A DNA stretch of 64,000 bases from positions 1,798,001 to 1,862,000 of the forward strand of contig NC_088854.1 in the NCBI RefSeq assembly GCF_963853765.1. The letters run 5' to 3'. Numbering within the stretch: the first letter of the stretch is position 1; every line of letters begins with the position of its first letter. The notes below the pieces were generated by a model. The model ran no database searches and was not told the DNA's origin. It was given only the letters and a program-made list of their open reading frames with translations. This DNA is from Magallana gigas (lineage: Eukaryota). The translations under genes were made by a program, and so were the position numbers. Below are positions 1-11,854 of the stretch, in pieces.

Positions 1-447
1 CAAACAGACATCATACTACAGACATCAAACAGACATCATACTACAGACATCAAACAGACATCATACTATAAACATCAAACAGGCGTCATACTACAAACAT
101 CAAACAGACGTCATACTATAAACATCAAACAGACATCATACTACAAACATCAAACAGACATCATACTATAAACATCAAACAGACGTCATACTATAAACAT
201 CAAACAGACATCATACTATAAACATCAAACAGACATCATACTACAAACATCAAACAGACATCATACTATAAACATCAAACAGACATCATACTATAAACAT
301 CAAACAGACGTCATACTATAAACATCAAACAGACATCATACTATAAACATCAAACAGACATCATACTACAAACATCAAACAGACAGCATACTATAAACAT
401 CAAACAGACATCATACTATAAACATCAAACAGACATCATACTACAAA
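1..447. repeat. 25-bp minisatellite (CAAACAGACATCATACTAYAAACAT), about 18 copies, truncated by the window edge
   Basis: Unit recurs with period 25 from position 1 to about 447. Confidence 0.95.
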
Positions 448-754
448 GCATTACACATGTTTAAATCTTATACTTTTTTATGTTCAAATGTACGACAGTG
501 TAATTATGGATGAAAAAAAATTGAAGTTAAAGTGTTGAGACGCAATAATTTGCATTGATAATTTAGCAATCTGTAAACATGTACAACGGTCGTTCACAAT
601 GAATAAATTACGATAGGGCTGGCCTTAATACGTATTATCTCCCTTGTATGAGTGCTCGTAATTGGACGGTGCTGGTACCGGGGTCGAGAGAACTGAGAAG
701 CAGACCTCGGTCACATTGTAGGCTGTCACTATCCCCCCGTGAAGTCGTTTTACC

Positions 755-1537
755 ATGCTTCTATTTGTCCTGTTTTTACCACTGGTTGTCGGCGACTGTA
801 AGTTTTGTTTGGCGTATTTTCAAGTTATAGCGAAAATGTAGTATCTATTTCATGTTTATTTATTAAAAAAAAAAAGCAGCATATGTTTATAATTGTATTG
901 AATAAGGTATAACGATTGTATACTCTATATTTTTCTTTATGCATTAATTTTACATTTGGATATTATATGTATCATAATATATCATATTGTATTCAGATAA
1001 TTGGTATCATACTATGTATTACTATATATTATATTCTGTTGTTTCTCACCACAGTCCCATCTATGTAGCTGCATAACATATTTTTTCCGCAGCATATCAA
1101 CTTCCCACGCCATACCTGACCCTGAACGATAATAACGTGACGGAAGGACAACCAATCGCTCTCAGGTGTTCAATTTACTCCCCGGAACCCCAGCCGGTCA
1201 CGTGGTACTGGAGATGTGGCGACAGTAACATGACTGGGAATGCGTCTGTCGGCCTCCACGACACCGTCCTGACCTTCCCTTCCGACCGGAAGTACAATGG
1301 AGTGGTGTGTTACTGTAAAGTCAGGCCGAGCGCCGCCAACGACTCCTACAGCAAGATGTCCAATCACCTGACCATCAACGTCAGGTGTAAGTCCTGCCCA
1401 GTATAATTATGTTTATTCCTAACCCGAAAATTCAACCGATGATGTGCATTATTTTTACAATATATGTAAGCAATGGCACATTACAAAATTATCTTTATTT
1501 AAAATCAGTACCTGATTCTTGTATATAGCGCAGTGAC

Positions 1538-1605
<68 letters not shown>

Positions 1606-4406
1606 AACTATGTATCTCTCCTTTTTGGGATTATAAAAGCTTTCTTGTTTTCACCCTAAAATAATGCACGTCTTCGCCATCCTTATTTTATCTTTACTAT
1701 CCGCTACTATCGTAAAATAATTTGTGTCTGATAATTCAATTAAAGACAGATAGGCGAGTTACCTTATTAGCACAAAACATTCTTTTCAGATACTCCGCGC
1801 TCTATCCCTTTTCTAAACGCCTCAAACACAGCGGTTGTAGCGGGGGAGGAGATCACCTTGCAGTGTACCCTGGACACCCTGGGGAATCCCCCGGTCACGT
1901 GGACCTGGAAGTGTGGGCGGTACGCCGTATACAACCAAAGGACCGTCAACGTTAACGCCACGTCCAAACTGATCCTGAAAGGGGAACCGGATCTCAACAA
2001 CAAGGTGTGTCACTGCGTGGCCCGGAACTACTTTCTTCACTACGAGGCGGCGTCCAACGCAGTTTCACTCAGTGTGTACTGTACGTAGAATTTGACAGAA
2101 TATAATGATTATATCATGTCATTTTATGTGAATTATTGGGGTTTTTATTATTTCAAATGTTTTTTATTCAAATTCAAAGCATGAATTTCTGTTACTTTAA
2201 GATTTCCCTGACGAAAGGCCCCGGATAGACAATACACTTATAACCGTGGATCAGAACACCCCAGTAACAATTCGGTGTTATTTGTCCACGCGGGGAAACC
2301 CCCCGGTAGCTTGGCTGTGGTACTGTGACGACAAACTCCAGTCAAAGGGAGTCGGGAGCACTGGAACCTTGTCGACTCTCATGGTCATCGCAAAACTCAA
2401 GGACCACAACGCGGCGTGCCACTGTAGGGCGAAAAGCGATTCCCAGTGGGGCAGCTATGACAAAAACTCCTCAAAGGCAATCATCAATATAAAAAGTGAG
2501 ACATATCATCTTAAGTTCAGATCTATTTGTGTGTGCAAGTTCAAAATTACTGAATACTCCATATGGAGAAATCACGTACGCTTCATTTATGAGCTAACTT
2601 CCACGTGACACTGCTCTCATTAATATTCATGTCTTCAAATTGTCTCCATTACAAATCAAAATTACAAACAAAGATTTCTGACACAATTAGTTTGCAATGT
2701 AAACTCGGTAAATATATGAGGAACAACTTTACCTATGAGTGGCAAGTATTTTAAAAATAATTCCAAAGTCCCTTCCTGACGTCTTTCATCACTAAAACAC
2801 ACTCTATTCCTACAACGCTCCGCATTGATATTTCAGATTCAAAAGGAACCGCCATCTCAACCTTTCATGTAAACAAAGCAAGCACATTCCGATCCCAAAT
2901 GTTGTAAATGACAAACCCAAATGAGGAGAATATTTCCGAAATACTTATTTTTTAAATTTGTGGCTTTTTCATTCCTCTCTATGTGTTTTATTGTACTGAA
3001 ATTCGCCATTGTAATTATTTATAGCAATATGGCCGCTATGAAAATTAGTAAAATGTACACCATTTCTCCATATGCGATGTAAGACAACTGATAAGATATT
3101 ATTGTAACATCAAACAAGATACAGGCACGTAGCATCGTTTTTGAAAGTGGGGGGGGGGCCAGACCCATCCAAAAAATCTTGACAAGCAAAAGAAAAAAAG
3201 AGGGAAATTTAAAGTTTCCAAAAATCTTCAAAATCCTAATCCGTGGGGGGGGGGACTCAACTATACTTCCCCAAAAAAAAAGTCTTCCCTACCAAATTTT
3301 TCTTCCCTTCCAAATGATGCTACGTGCCTGAGATATACATCTTTTTCCGTAGACCTCGATCTAATTACCACGAAAAGTTCTGCAATCACCGCTGATGTGT
3401 TTGGTGCCGTGACCGGGATTGTGGTTCTTCTAATCATAATGGCTGGAATTGTTGTTGTTTTTCATCACAGAAAAATTACAGATATGAGTATGTATATACC
3501 TTTATTAATTACATTATTATCAACAAAAGGGATAGCAATGTATGTGAAAAATTAGATGTCTTGAATCTGTTTAATAAACGGTTAAACTTATCTCTTTGTA
3601 CCATAAATACTGCATAATATTGTATTATCTACTATCATTTAACTAAGATTAGTTTATTTCCAGGTAATCAGTTTTTGACAACTCGGAGGTATGAAATGTC
3701 TAATTACTATTCTAAACACAATAAAACCCAAAATTTTATTTATCTGTGAAAATCCTTCTGTTCTTACTTAATTTATTATTAATGGATATCAAAATAGAGA
3801 ATTGTTTTTAACCTTAAGCAGTCCATATATATACACTTATATCTCAATGGTTTGTTAATTTCCGGTACTCGTTCAATTTTTGTAAAATCAGTTTTATCAG
3901 AAATAAACTTAATCACGTTATTTCGTTCAAGAGACAATGATATGAGCTCAAGCGTTGGGCAAGACAATCTTAACTACAGAACCTTAAAGGAAGAGCAAGC
4001 CCATCCCACAGAATGATTTCATAAATCTATATTAAGGTACGTTGATCTTTCATTAAGAGCGTTAACTCTCATAAAAAAAATAAAGCGACTTCAATCACAG
4101 TTTTTTTTTGTTGAAACTCTCCATTTTAATCAATAATTTAGATTTGTTCAGTGAATCAGTAAAACAAAATTTCATTTGGGAAATATGTGAATGGCGCGAA
4201 AACATTCCTTCGTATTTTCTGAAGACAAAGAGCTCTTTAACATTGGCAAAAATAAAAGCTTCAAAAGTACACATACAAGTACTTGTTTTTACTTTTACTT
4301 TATTTACTTTTAATAATAGTACAAAAAACTTATTTTAATGTGGTCAGTAAAATTTATTTGATTGCACTTTTACAGGTTTATACAGACTGAGATATATGAG
4401 CAATGA
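755..4406 (+). CDS. Type I membrane Ig-superfamily receptor: signal peptide, 3 Ig domains, TM helix, short tail (~370 aa)
   Basis: Exons 755-797 (accATG, MLLFVLFLPLVVGD), 1093-1386, 1790-2080, 2202-2495 (each one phase-1 Ig exon with C...WxWxC...CxC), 3353-3487 (TM VFGAVTGIVVLLIIMAGIVVVF), 3664-3688, 4376-4406 (RFIQTEIYEQ*). All junctions GT-AG and in frame; AATAAA near 4551. Confidence 0.85.
1541..1603. repeat. (CT)n microsatellite
   Basis: Pure CT run in an intron of the Ig gene. Confidence 0.98.
3122..3330. mobile_element. 209-bp MITE with 15-bp perfect TIRs (CAGGCACGTAGCATC) and apparent 5-bp TSD AGATA (hAT-like)
   Basis: TIR at 3122 and its reverse complement ending at 3330; AGATA at 3117-3121 and 3331-3335. 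Confidence 0.8.
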
Positions 4407-4762
4407 AGACTGCAGAGAAATAACACTCGTTTTAGAAGACGTCTTTATTCAACATGTATCCGGGGACGCCTACGTTTTAATCACCAATTACTCCTTGATA
4501 AATGTTTAAACGGTTTACAAAATGTGTTATAATAAGATATCAGCATCTATAATAAAATTCTGTCGTAAACAGTGTTAAGTTTATACAATACATGTAATAG
4601 TATTCTTGTTTTGCTAACATCATCAAAAATTATATCAAATAATATGGATTAATGCACTAATACCTTTTTCAATAACAATCAATCTTATACTAAGAAAATC
4701 TGTTTATGCTTATTCCATGATACATGTATTAAGTTTGTTAAACATTGAAATTCAAGTCGAAG

Positions 4763-4764
<2 letters not shown>

Positions 4765-4805
<41 letters not shown>
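4765..4805. repeat. (CT)n microsatellite
   Basis: Pure CT run. Confidence 0.98.
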
Positions 4806-4808
<3 letters not shown>

Positions 4809-5186
4809 GGAAGATTACACTTAAGGACATGCAATATTTGCAATAAAATAAACTTTTAAAACAAGCATTATTCTTTTAATTGCAGAAATGATCAGCATGT
4901 TAACTGCAACTTTATGTAATTTACGTTAAATAAAAGTATGTTGTAACTATTAGAATGGGTTTATTGTATCACAGTATAAAACTTAATCTATGTTGGAAAT
5001 TGACTAGACTCTTTAATAAAATTTAAAAAAAAAAAGTGATACTAGGTTAAGAAATAAACGCTACAGAAGCGACCGAAAAGGGCGCTAAATGCAGTCATCC
5101 TTTGAACATCTTTTGTGCAGACATCGCTCACCAATTCTGACGGTGGTGACAGCGTTTTCAGGTAATTTTGGCATTATCTCGGTTTC

Positions 5187-6632
5187 TCATGAAAACTTTG
5201 GTATCTTAAGACTTGGGGTCCATTTGTATCCTAGAAGATCTGACACGCGACTAACCATTTCCAGCTTCCTATTCTCTGCGTTTAATTCCTGTTGTTCCCT
5301 CAGTTGTTTCTTCAACACTGAGACCATAACATAGGTTCCGTCTGCAGTTTTCACAACCACTTCATCCTCAGAAAATCGACCCTCGATGTTGTCCTCATCC
5401 TCCACATACACACTACTTCTCAAAACCTGGAAATTCGTCCATGAAGATGATCGTAACTCTGCCAAGCGTTCAACATTGCTACAGCTGATCTTTCCAAAAT
5501 AGAGAAAATTCCGGATATTAGGCGAGTTTTCTACCAAAGTGACAATCTCCCTTTCCAATTCGACATAGCCCCCCTTTCCGTGAGATTCAAAGCCTGCAAG
5601 TGTGTGTTTATACTTGTCTGTGATGTACTGAACAGTGGCCTCATCACAGCCGGAGTACTCCATAAACGTCAAAAAATGCACGGGACAGGCGGGTTTGAGC
5701 AGATTACACAACTCCAGGAGAGGGGCCTTAGACAAAATAGTAAGTGCAACCTGAACGCCAACGTTCCTCAAACTGAACTCTTCCCAAACCTTGTCAGGAA
5801 TTTCCGGGATTTGGAAGGCCTCGTCGTCACTGATGTAATTGACCAGTATGTGTAAACGTTGTAGCGACTGTCTACCCCTCGAGGACAACGCCTTCAGAAG
5901 ACCCTGGTCCACCATAGGCGAGCGCAGGGCCAGGTGTCTGAGGTTACAGAAATGGTGGACAAGGTTTGTTGTGTCGGCGGGCTGGAGGAGGATCGGCTGT
6001 CGCTCCGTCCAATCGCTAGCGTCCTCACAAAACAAGCTGAGCTCCTCAAGCTCTTTTAGTTTAGGGTTCAACATGGCCGCCTCAAAGATGTTTTCGTCTA
6101 TGTTTTCCAAGTTGCGGGGATACATTGGCCATGACACAATGTGTAGTTTCTTAAGACGAAATGCGTTCTTAATGAAATTTACAAGCGGAATTAAGTTTCG
6201 GCTGCAAGATCGCTTACCCTCGTAGTGGGAGACCGATGTAGCTGTTCCAACACGCAGCTTCAGAGATTCCAGTCGGCATTTGTTGGCAACTTCCGCAATG
6301 AGGTTGTTCCAATTCCCGAAGTCATCATCTAAATATCCGCTAATTACAATAGTAAGGTTTTGAAAATATTTCCCGAAATGTTTGACCAGTTGCATATTGC
6401 GTGCGGGCACTACAGACTGTTTGACCCAGCCGTAATTGGTCATATTCCCGATCAGGTACAAGGTCATCCGGCTCCACAGGGTGGGGTGGTGGAAGGCTTC
6501 GTTTAGCTTGGAACACGTGATAGAGACTTTGTACCTGGTTTTCAGGTCCAGGCGACTTAGTGTGTTGACCCAGATCATCGTCGGGAGGTCACTAAAGTCT
6601 GGGTCACACGGGCCGGTCTCACCGTCGGCCAT
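5187..6632 (-). CDS. F-box/LRR protein, FBXL3/FBXL21/FBXO39-like, single-exon CDS, 481 aa (copy 1)
   Basis: Uninterrupted ORF with N-terminal F-box (FSDLPTMIWVNTLSRLDLKTRYKVSITCSKLNEAFHHPTLW), LRR-like middle and C-terminal VSDLLGYKWTP. A splice acceptor 16 nt upstream of the ATG (AG at 6650-6649) implies a 5'UTR intron. Confidence 0.9.
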   Translation of the reverse strand: MADGETGPCDPDFSDLPTMIWVNTLSRLDLKTRYKVSITCSKLNEAFHHPTLWSRMTLYLIGNMTNYGWVKQSVVPARNMQLVKHFGKYFQNLTIVISGYLDDDFGNWNNLIAEVANKCRLESLKLRVGTATSVSHYEGKRSCSRNLIPLVNFIKNAFRLKKLHIVSWPMYPRNLENIDENIFEAAMLNPKLKELEELSLFCEDASDWTERQPILLQPADTTNLVHHFCNLRHLALRSPMVDQGLLKALSSRGRQSLQRLHILVNYISDDEAFQIPEIPDKVWEEFSLRNVGVQVALTILSKAPLLELCNLLKPACPVHFLTFMEYSGCDEATVQYITDKYKHTLAGFESHGKGGYVELEREIVTLVENSPNIRNFLYFGKISCSNVERLAELRSSSWTNFQVLRSSVYVEDEDNIEGRFSEDEVVVKTADGTYVMVSVLKKQLREQQELNAENRKLEMVSRVSDLLGYKWTPSLKIPKFS

Positions 6633-6818
6633 TATGTCTTGGAAGTCTCTGAATCAGGAGGAACTTTAAAGACGGCACTTAGTCATTTATTTCTGGCAAC
6701 CTTTCAAAACAAAACACGGAATATAAATATTGTTTGGTTACGCATGAAAAATACAGTTGATTTGGTAGATAATGGTGAACGCGAGTGAAAATCTACTTAT
6801 TTTATTGAATCAAATGTT

Positions 6819-6862
6819 ATGAGAGAGAGAGAGAGAGAGGGAGAGAGAGAGAGAGAGAGAGA
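6819..6862. repeat. (GA)n microsatellite
   Basis: GA run with one interruption. Confidence 0.95.
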
Positions 6863-8163
6863 GTTTGTTTACATGACTGTGTATCCTTGTACATATGTTC
6901 CTACATATATTCACAATGGATTTAGGTTATGTGCGAGTTCAAATATTATTGATATATTTAATCAACGATGAAAGGGAGAGAGAGAGAGATCATAAAAACT
7001 GTAGAGAAAGAGAGACAAACCTGGGTTAACGTGTATATCCTCGTACATAATTGTACATTTGTACGTAAATCAATACAGTACCTGTAATAATGGGTATTTT
7101 TAGAAGTCTATTTTTAATACTGACCACAAATCTCGATCTCGAAAACATTAGTTTAAAGGGACTTGTGGGGGGGGGGGGGGGGGGGGGGGGGGCTTCGTTG
7201 GGAAGGGGGTGTTTACCTTTGATATTAATAGTTATCGAGTTCCAAGCAGGAACTTCGCATCATAAAATAATTACACAAGAGAAAAGTTTGTTTATAATAA
7301 TCTTGTCCATTTTTACTTTGCATTCGTTAAAGTTTCAAATTGTATTTTTTAATGAAATGTCTATTAATTTTTTTAATTCATGTACTGTATATATAATTTT
7401 TGAGTTTGTATTCATTAATATGTGAATTCTGTATGGAATATACAAAAGTTGAATTCACATAAAAATTCATATGCATAACTGATGCAAACAGAAATATTGA
7501 ATACTGCAACGTTTGACATGTCATATAATTCATTGTTAAACAAAAAATGGTAAAATGAAATATTAAAATTTCCGATAAAATATGGCCTGTCCATTTTGTT
7601 GGTAAAAATTTAATAATAAAGATATATACACCTATGTCTGAAAAACAGTAACGAGCCATGTTAATTGTTTCATAGAATAGAATGAAATATTTTTGACAAT
7701 TTGGGTTTGACAAACCTTTGTAGAACTACACTTCCTTAAATTAATAAAAAAGACCTCTACTGTGCACAAAAGCCTGCGTGCAGTGTGTGGATATAACTTT
7801 AAATGTCTTACAAAATGTTTGGTAAATATTTATCTGATATACAAAAGAAAATTAGGTTAGTTTTAACAAGAGTACTTCTAGCTCTATAGACTACTATAGT
7901 ATCAATCCGATTGGTTCGTTATTTAGGTAAAACTTTGCAAATAAACCATAAGGTTTAACACCAAACCACAAAATAAATTATAAATATCATACATGTGTCT
8001 AACAATTCTAAAAAGAGTAAGATACAAGTTTGTAAAATTAATTGCTTCATTCTAAATATCAAAGTATGAGAATATCAAATGCATATAAGGTATATAAATG
8101 CAATAAAGTTAAATAATAATATGTACATTAGCACCTTTCATTTAATCTTCATTTATGCTTCAG

Positions 8164-9576
8164 TCACATATCACTGTCAGGAAACCACTTCCTCCCCAGC
8201 TTTTGTGACACCCTATCTATCATAATCTGTTCCTCTTCTCCGTTGCTAGTGATGGAAGTCTGCTCGTGAAATTTCAACATATTCACAAGAACGTATTCAC
8301 CGGAAGAATTTTTTGCAATGACTGTGTCCCCATCGATTTCCGGTTCGTTGGCATTCTTGGGGACCGTGTAAATGTTTTTTCTTGCCAAGTGTAACACCTG
8401 CCACTCTGCTCCTCTCAGTTCAGCCAGGTGTATGACGTGTTTTATGCTGATTTTCCCGCAGTAGACCAATCTGCACAACTGACTAGAACACTCCACCAAT
8501 GAAATAAGCTCCTGTTCAAAATCACCGTCCTCCTCATAATACTCAAATGTTTCTAAACTAGAAGTAAATGTATTGGCCAAATAGGCAACAAACTCTTTAT
8601 CGCAACGAACGAATTCTCCAAACCTGATATTGTACAGCGGACAGGAAGGGCGAAGGAACATTTCCATAGAGTGATGTGGTACCCGTGAAAGCACCAAAAC
8701 ATGGACTCGAACTTTGGTGTTATGGTTTGTGAAATCTCTCCAAACAGAATCCGTTATTTGGGGAATTTCAAAGCTTTCGTTTTGCGGAAGATAATTTATA
8801 GAAATCTTTAGCTGCTGAAGTCTTTGTCTGTCACCACATGACAGACATCTGATCAGATCCTCGCTTAGCATGGGTGACCTTAAGGCCAAATGAGAGAGAC
8901 TTTTGAAATGTTCCACCATCTTATGCGTCAGGTCGACAGGAAGTAACAGCGGTCTACGTTCAGACCATGCCACAGAATCACAATCAAAGATACTTAGTTT
9001 TGTCAGATTCCTTATTTTATCATTGTCCATGGCAGCCTGGAACACATTCTTGTCTGCTTTATTTAATGAGCTGGCAAAAGTTGGCCACGATTTTATAACA
9101 AGGGACTTGAGGTACAGTGAATTCCTCACCAAATCCACCATCGGTTTAATATTCTCAGTCAATGTTCTCATAACTCCACCTTTTGCGATGTTTTTCAATC
9201 CTCCAACATCAAATGTCAGACTACTGGCATTAAACCTCTTAATGTTGTCCGCTAACACCGTATTCCACTCCCCAAAGCTTTCGTCCAAAGGTGCCAATAC
9301 GGAAAACGTGATGTGGTGGAACATTCTCCCAAACTTCTGGACAAGGTGGAAGTTCCGCTGTGGTATATTAACCATATGCAAACTCCTGAATTTCCCTGAC
9401 CCTCCCTCTACAGTCAGTGTCACTGAACGCCACAGAGAGGGATGACTGAACGCCTCAAACACATTGGAGCAGACTAGGGAGGCGTGGTACCGGTCCTTGA
9501 GGGGCAAGTGCTCCAAAACTCGGACCCAGGCCACCACTGGCAGGGTGCCAAAGTCACACTCAGTGTCAACATTCAT
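8164..9576 (-). CDS. F-box/LRR protein, FBXL3/FBXL21/FBXO39-like, single-exon CDS, 470 aa (copy 2, tandem paralogue)
   Basis: F-box (FGTLPVVAWVRVLEHLPLKDRYHASLVCSNVFEAFSHPSLW). Collinear with copy 1 (e.g. LSHLALRSPM vs LRHLALRSPM). Ends VSQKLGRKWFPDSDM. In-frame TGA codons upstream support this start; acceptor AG at 9605-9604. Confidence 0.9.
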   Translation of the reverse strand: MNVDTECDFGTLPVVAWVRVLEHLPLKDRYHASLVCSNVFEAFSHPSLWRSVTLTVEGGSGKFRSLHMVNIPQRNFHLVQKFGRMFHHITFSVLAPLDESFGEWNTVLADNIKRFNASSLTFDVGGLKNIAKGGVMRTLTENIKPMVDLVRNSLYLKSLVIKSWPTFASSLNKADKNVFQAAMDNDKIRNLTKLSIFDCDSVAWSERRPLLLPVDLTHKMVEHFKSLSHLALRSPMLSEDLIRCLSCGDRQRLQQLKISINYLPQNESFEIPQITDSVWRDFTNHNTKVRVHVLVLSRVPHHSMEMFLRPSCPLYNIRFGEFVRCDKEFVAYLANTFTSSLETFEYYEEDGDFEQELISLVECSSQLCRLVYCGKISIKHVIHLAELRGAEWQVLHLARKNIYTVPKNANEPEIDGDTVIAKNSSGEYVLVNMLKFHEQTSITSNGEEEQIMIDRVSQKLGRKWFPDSDM

Positions 9577-10228
9577 GGTCGCACCTATTCATCATCAGAT
9601 GGACTGAAAAACACAAAGGAAACATTTATCAAACTTGATGTCTAAACATGACTGTACTCAGTCCACTGTCTTAGATTGCAATATTTTTAAAAACAGGAAT
9701 GGTAACGTAACTAACTGTCTTTGTCATGTTTGTTATCAAGTATTTAAAGATCAAGCTTTTGGAAATAAAACATTGTTTACAGTATGAGTGGGATGACTGT
9801 AGTTGAGCAGTGTTGAGCCCTTCCGGAGATATCTCGGTGTGGACAAGTCTTTTTTTTTTGCGCAAGATTGAGACCCAACAGGCCTATCATTACAACAGAG
9901 TTCCTATTATAAATACATGCATGTAACAAAATGTGTTTTCAAATTCTAGTGCCTCGATGTGATAACTTTTATCAGAGACATAAATAATATTATTGTTATT
10001 TATGTCTCTGCTTTTATAACCCAATCTGTCAGTCTGTTTCGGATAAGATTCTGAGATTGAATCGTTTCCGTAATAACTAGGCCTATAAAATAATGAATGG
10101 ATTGCCGCGATGCCACCTCTACTGAGTAAAGATATTTGTAGCATTGTTGTTTTGAGAAGTTCACGTTAACATGACTATTTCAGATACACAAGTAGTGTCA
10201 TTAATTAAGAGGTAACAAACATTCTTAC

Positions 10229-10289
10229 CATTTTGTTCGATCCGATGTTCGATTCACTCCCAGTCCCAGTCCCAAATTGCAGTTTTATA
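10229..10289 (-). promoter_or_regulatory. Candidate TATA box plus short first exon ending in ATG|GTAAGA, probable 5' end of F-box copy 2
   Basis: TATAAAA on - strand at 10289-10283; strong donor aaaATG|GTAAGA at 10228. Confidence 0.45.
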
Positions 10290-11338
10290 TGGCAGCATTT
10301 AGCATTTCACGCCCGATGTTATTAAAATGTGTGGTTTTTGTCAATGAATTGAATTGAATTGAAAATAACTCACACAAGAGACGTAATCCCTTTTGTGTTG
10401 TTATAGTGCATTTATTTATTTGCGAGCGTCTTATGTGCGTTCAATTTTATCTATAATGTCGGGACAATTTGAAGATTAAAAAGGAATAAAAAGCAAGGAG
10501 AGGCCAGTTAATCATGTTTACGAGTGTAAATTAATTTTGGGTTATTTTCACATTTTAGATGTCATTTGTATACAAGTCATTGCACGACTTTTTTTCCTCT
10601 CTTGGGGGTGGTTTTTTTTTTTAGGGGGGGGGGGTGCTTGGTCCATCTAGTGCGGGTTTTGTCCAGGGCGAGAGCTTTTCTCATAGTTATCAAAAACCCA
10701 AACTGTATTAATAAAAATGACTTTATTTACAAACTACGATTGACAGAATTCAAAAGCAAAGAGAATAAAGAAAATTAGATTTATGAATATATACTTCTTC
10801 TTTTTTTTATCAGAAACAACTCTACACATCACAAACCAGTTGATTTGAAAGAGTGTCATTTCTAAGGATTAGAAAACTAGTGTAGAAGGGCTGTTCGGAA
10901 ATTATTGAGACATATACTTTTATTTCCCCGTGAAAAAATAGACAAACCTTTGAAAATTCAACGGAAAATAAACCAAGATAAAATTTATTAATGTATTAAT
11001 ATGAAAATGTTCTAGCCCATGACATCATTTTGATCTCCCCTGGTGAGCTGACAATTAACTGACGTAGGTCCGGGAATCCGGAGCAAACTTATCGCGACGT
11101 CATTGTAACGCCTCTTATTGCTTCTATATCATAAACACCTTATAAAGGAACGGAAAACAGGAATTATTCTTTTCTTCTGGGTTTTTTTAGGAAGCAGCAA
11201 ATATTTACAATCTCTCCATACTTGGGGGTTTTTTGTGATCAAAATTCGAGTTATTGCTATTTGAAAGTCAGGGATGGGGTAATGGTAATTTGTAATGGTA
11301 ATTGAGTGTAATTAATTACAAATATTGATGAATTAAAA

Positions 11339-11854
11339 CAGGCTTGGGCGAATTACATTGTGTTATGCATTACATTACCATTACTTCATAAATTTGGCAT
11401 TAAATTACCATTACCATTATACTTGATTTTCTTGAAGTAATGCATTACATTACCATTACATGAGTAAAGTAATGCATTACCATTACCATTACTTTGTTTT
11501 AAAAAATCTAGTAATATGAACAATTTATGAAATTTTATAAATCTTTTTTAATACAACTAAAACATTTTTATTTCAAGAATTATTTCTTTCTTCTTTATAA
11601 TAAAGTTAATCAAATTCATTTTCAGCTATTCATTTATTCATCACATTTTTTAAAGTGAACATGCATAAATAAGCATAGTAATGCAAAGTAATGCCATGTA
11701 ATGCCAGCATTACACTAAATTTTGGAAAGTTATGAATTACATTACCATTACTTGTAATGCTAATTTTGTGGCATTACACATTACTAGCATTACTTTGAAA
11801 ACATGTAATGCATTGCAATGCATTACCATTACATTTAGCATTACCCCAAGCCTG
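11339..11854. mobile_element. 516-bp hAT-type MITE (TIR CAGGCTTGGG, 8-bp TSD AATTAAAA) nested in a related ATTAC/GTAAT-rich element starting at 11269
   Basis: AATTAAAA at 11331-11338 and 11855-11862; TIRs at both ends; host element begins CAGGGATGGGGTAAT. Confidence 0.88.

Noticed and set aside
2837-2907. Possible extra exon in the Ig gene (TTTCAG|ATTCAAAAGG...)
   Set aside because: No donor in the needed phase; the frame is already continuous without it. It could be an alternative terminal exon, but there is no support.
5580-9445. Plus-strand ORFs of 91, 128 and 180 aa over the F-box genes
   Set aside because: Antisense shadows of the real CDSs with no recognisable motifs.
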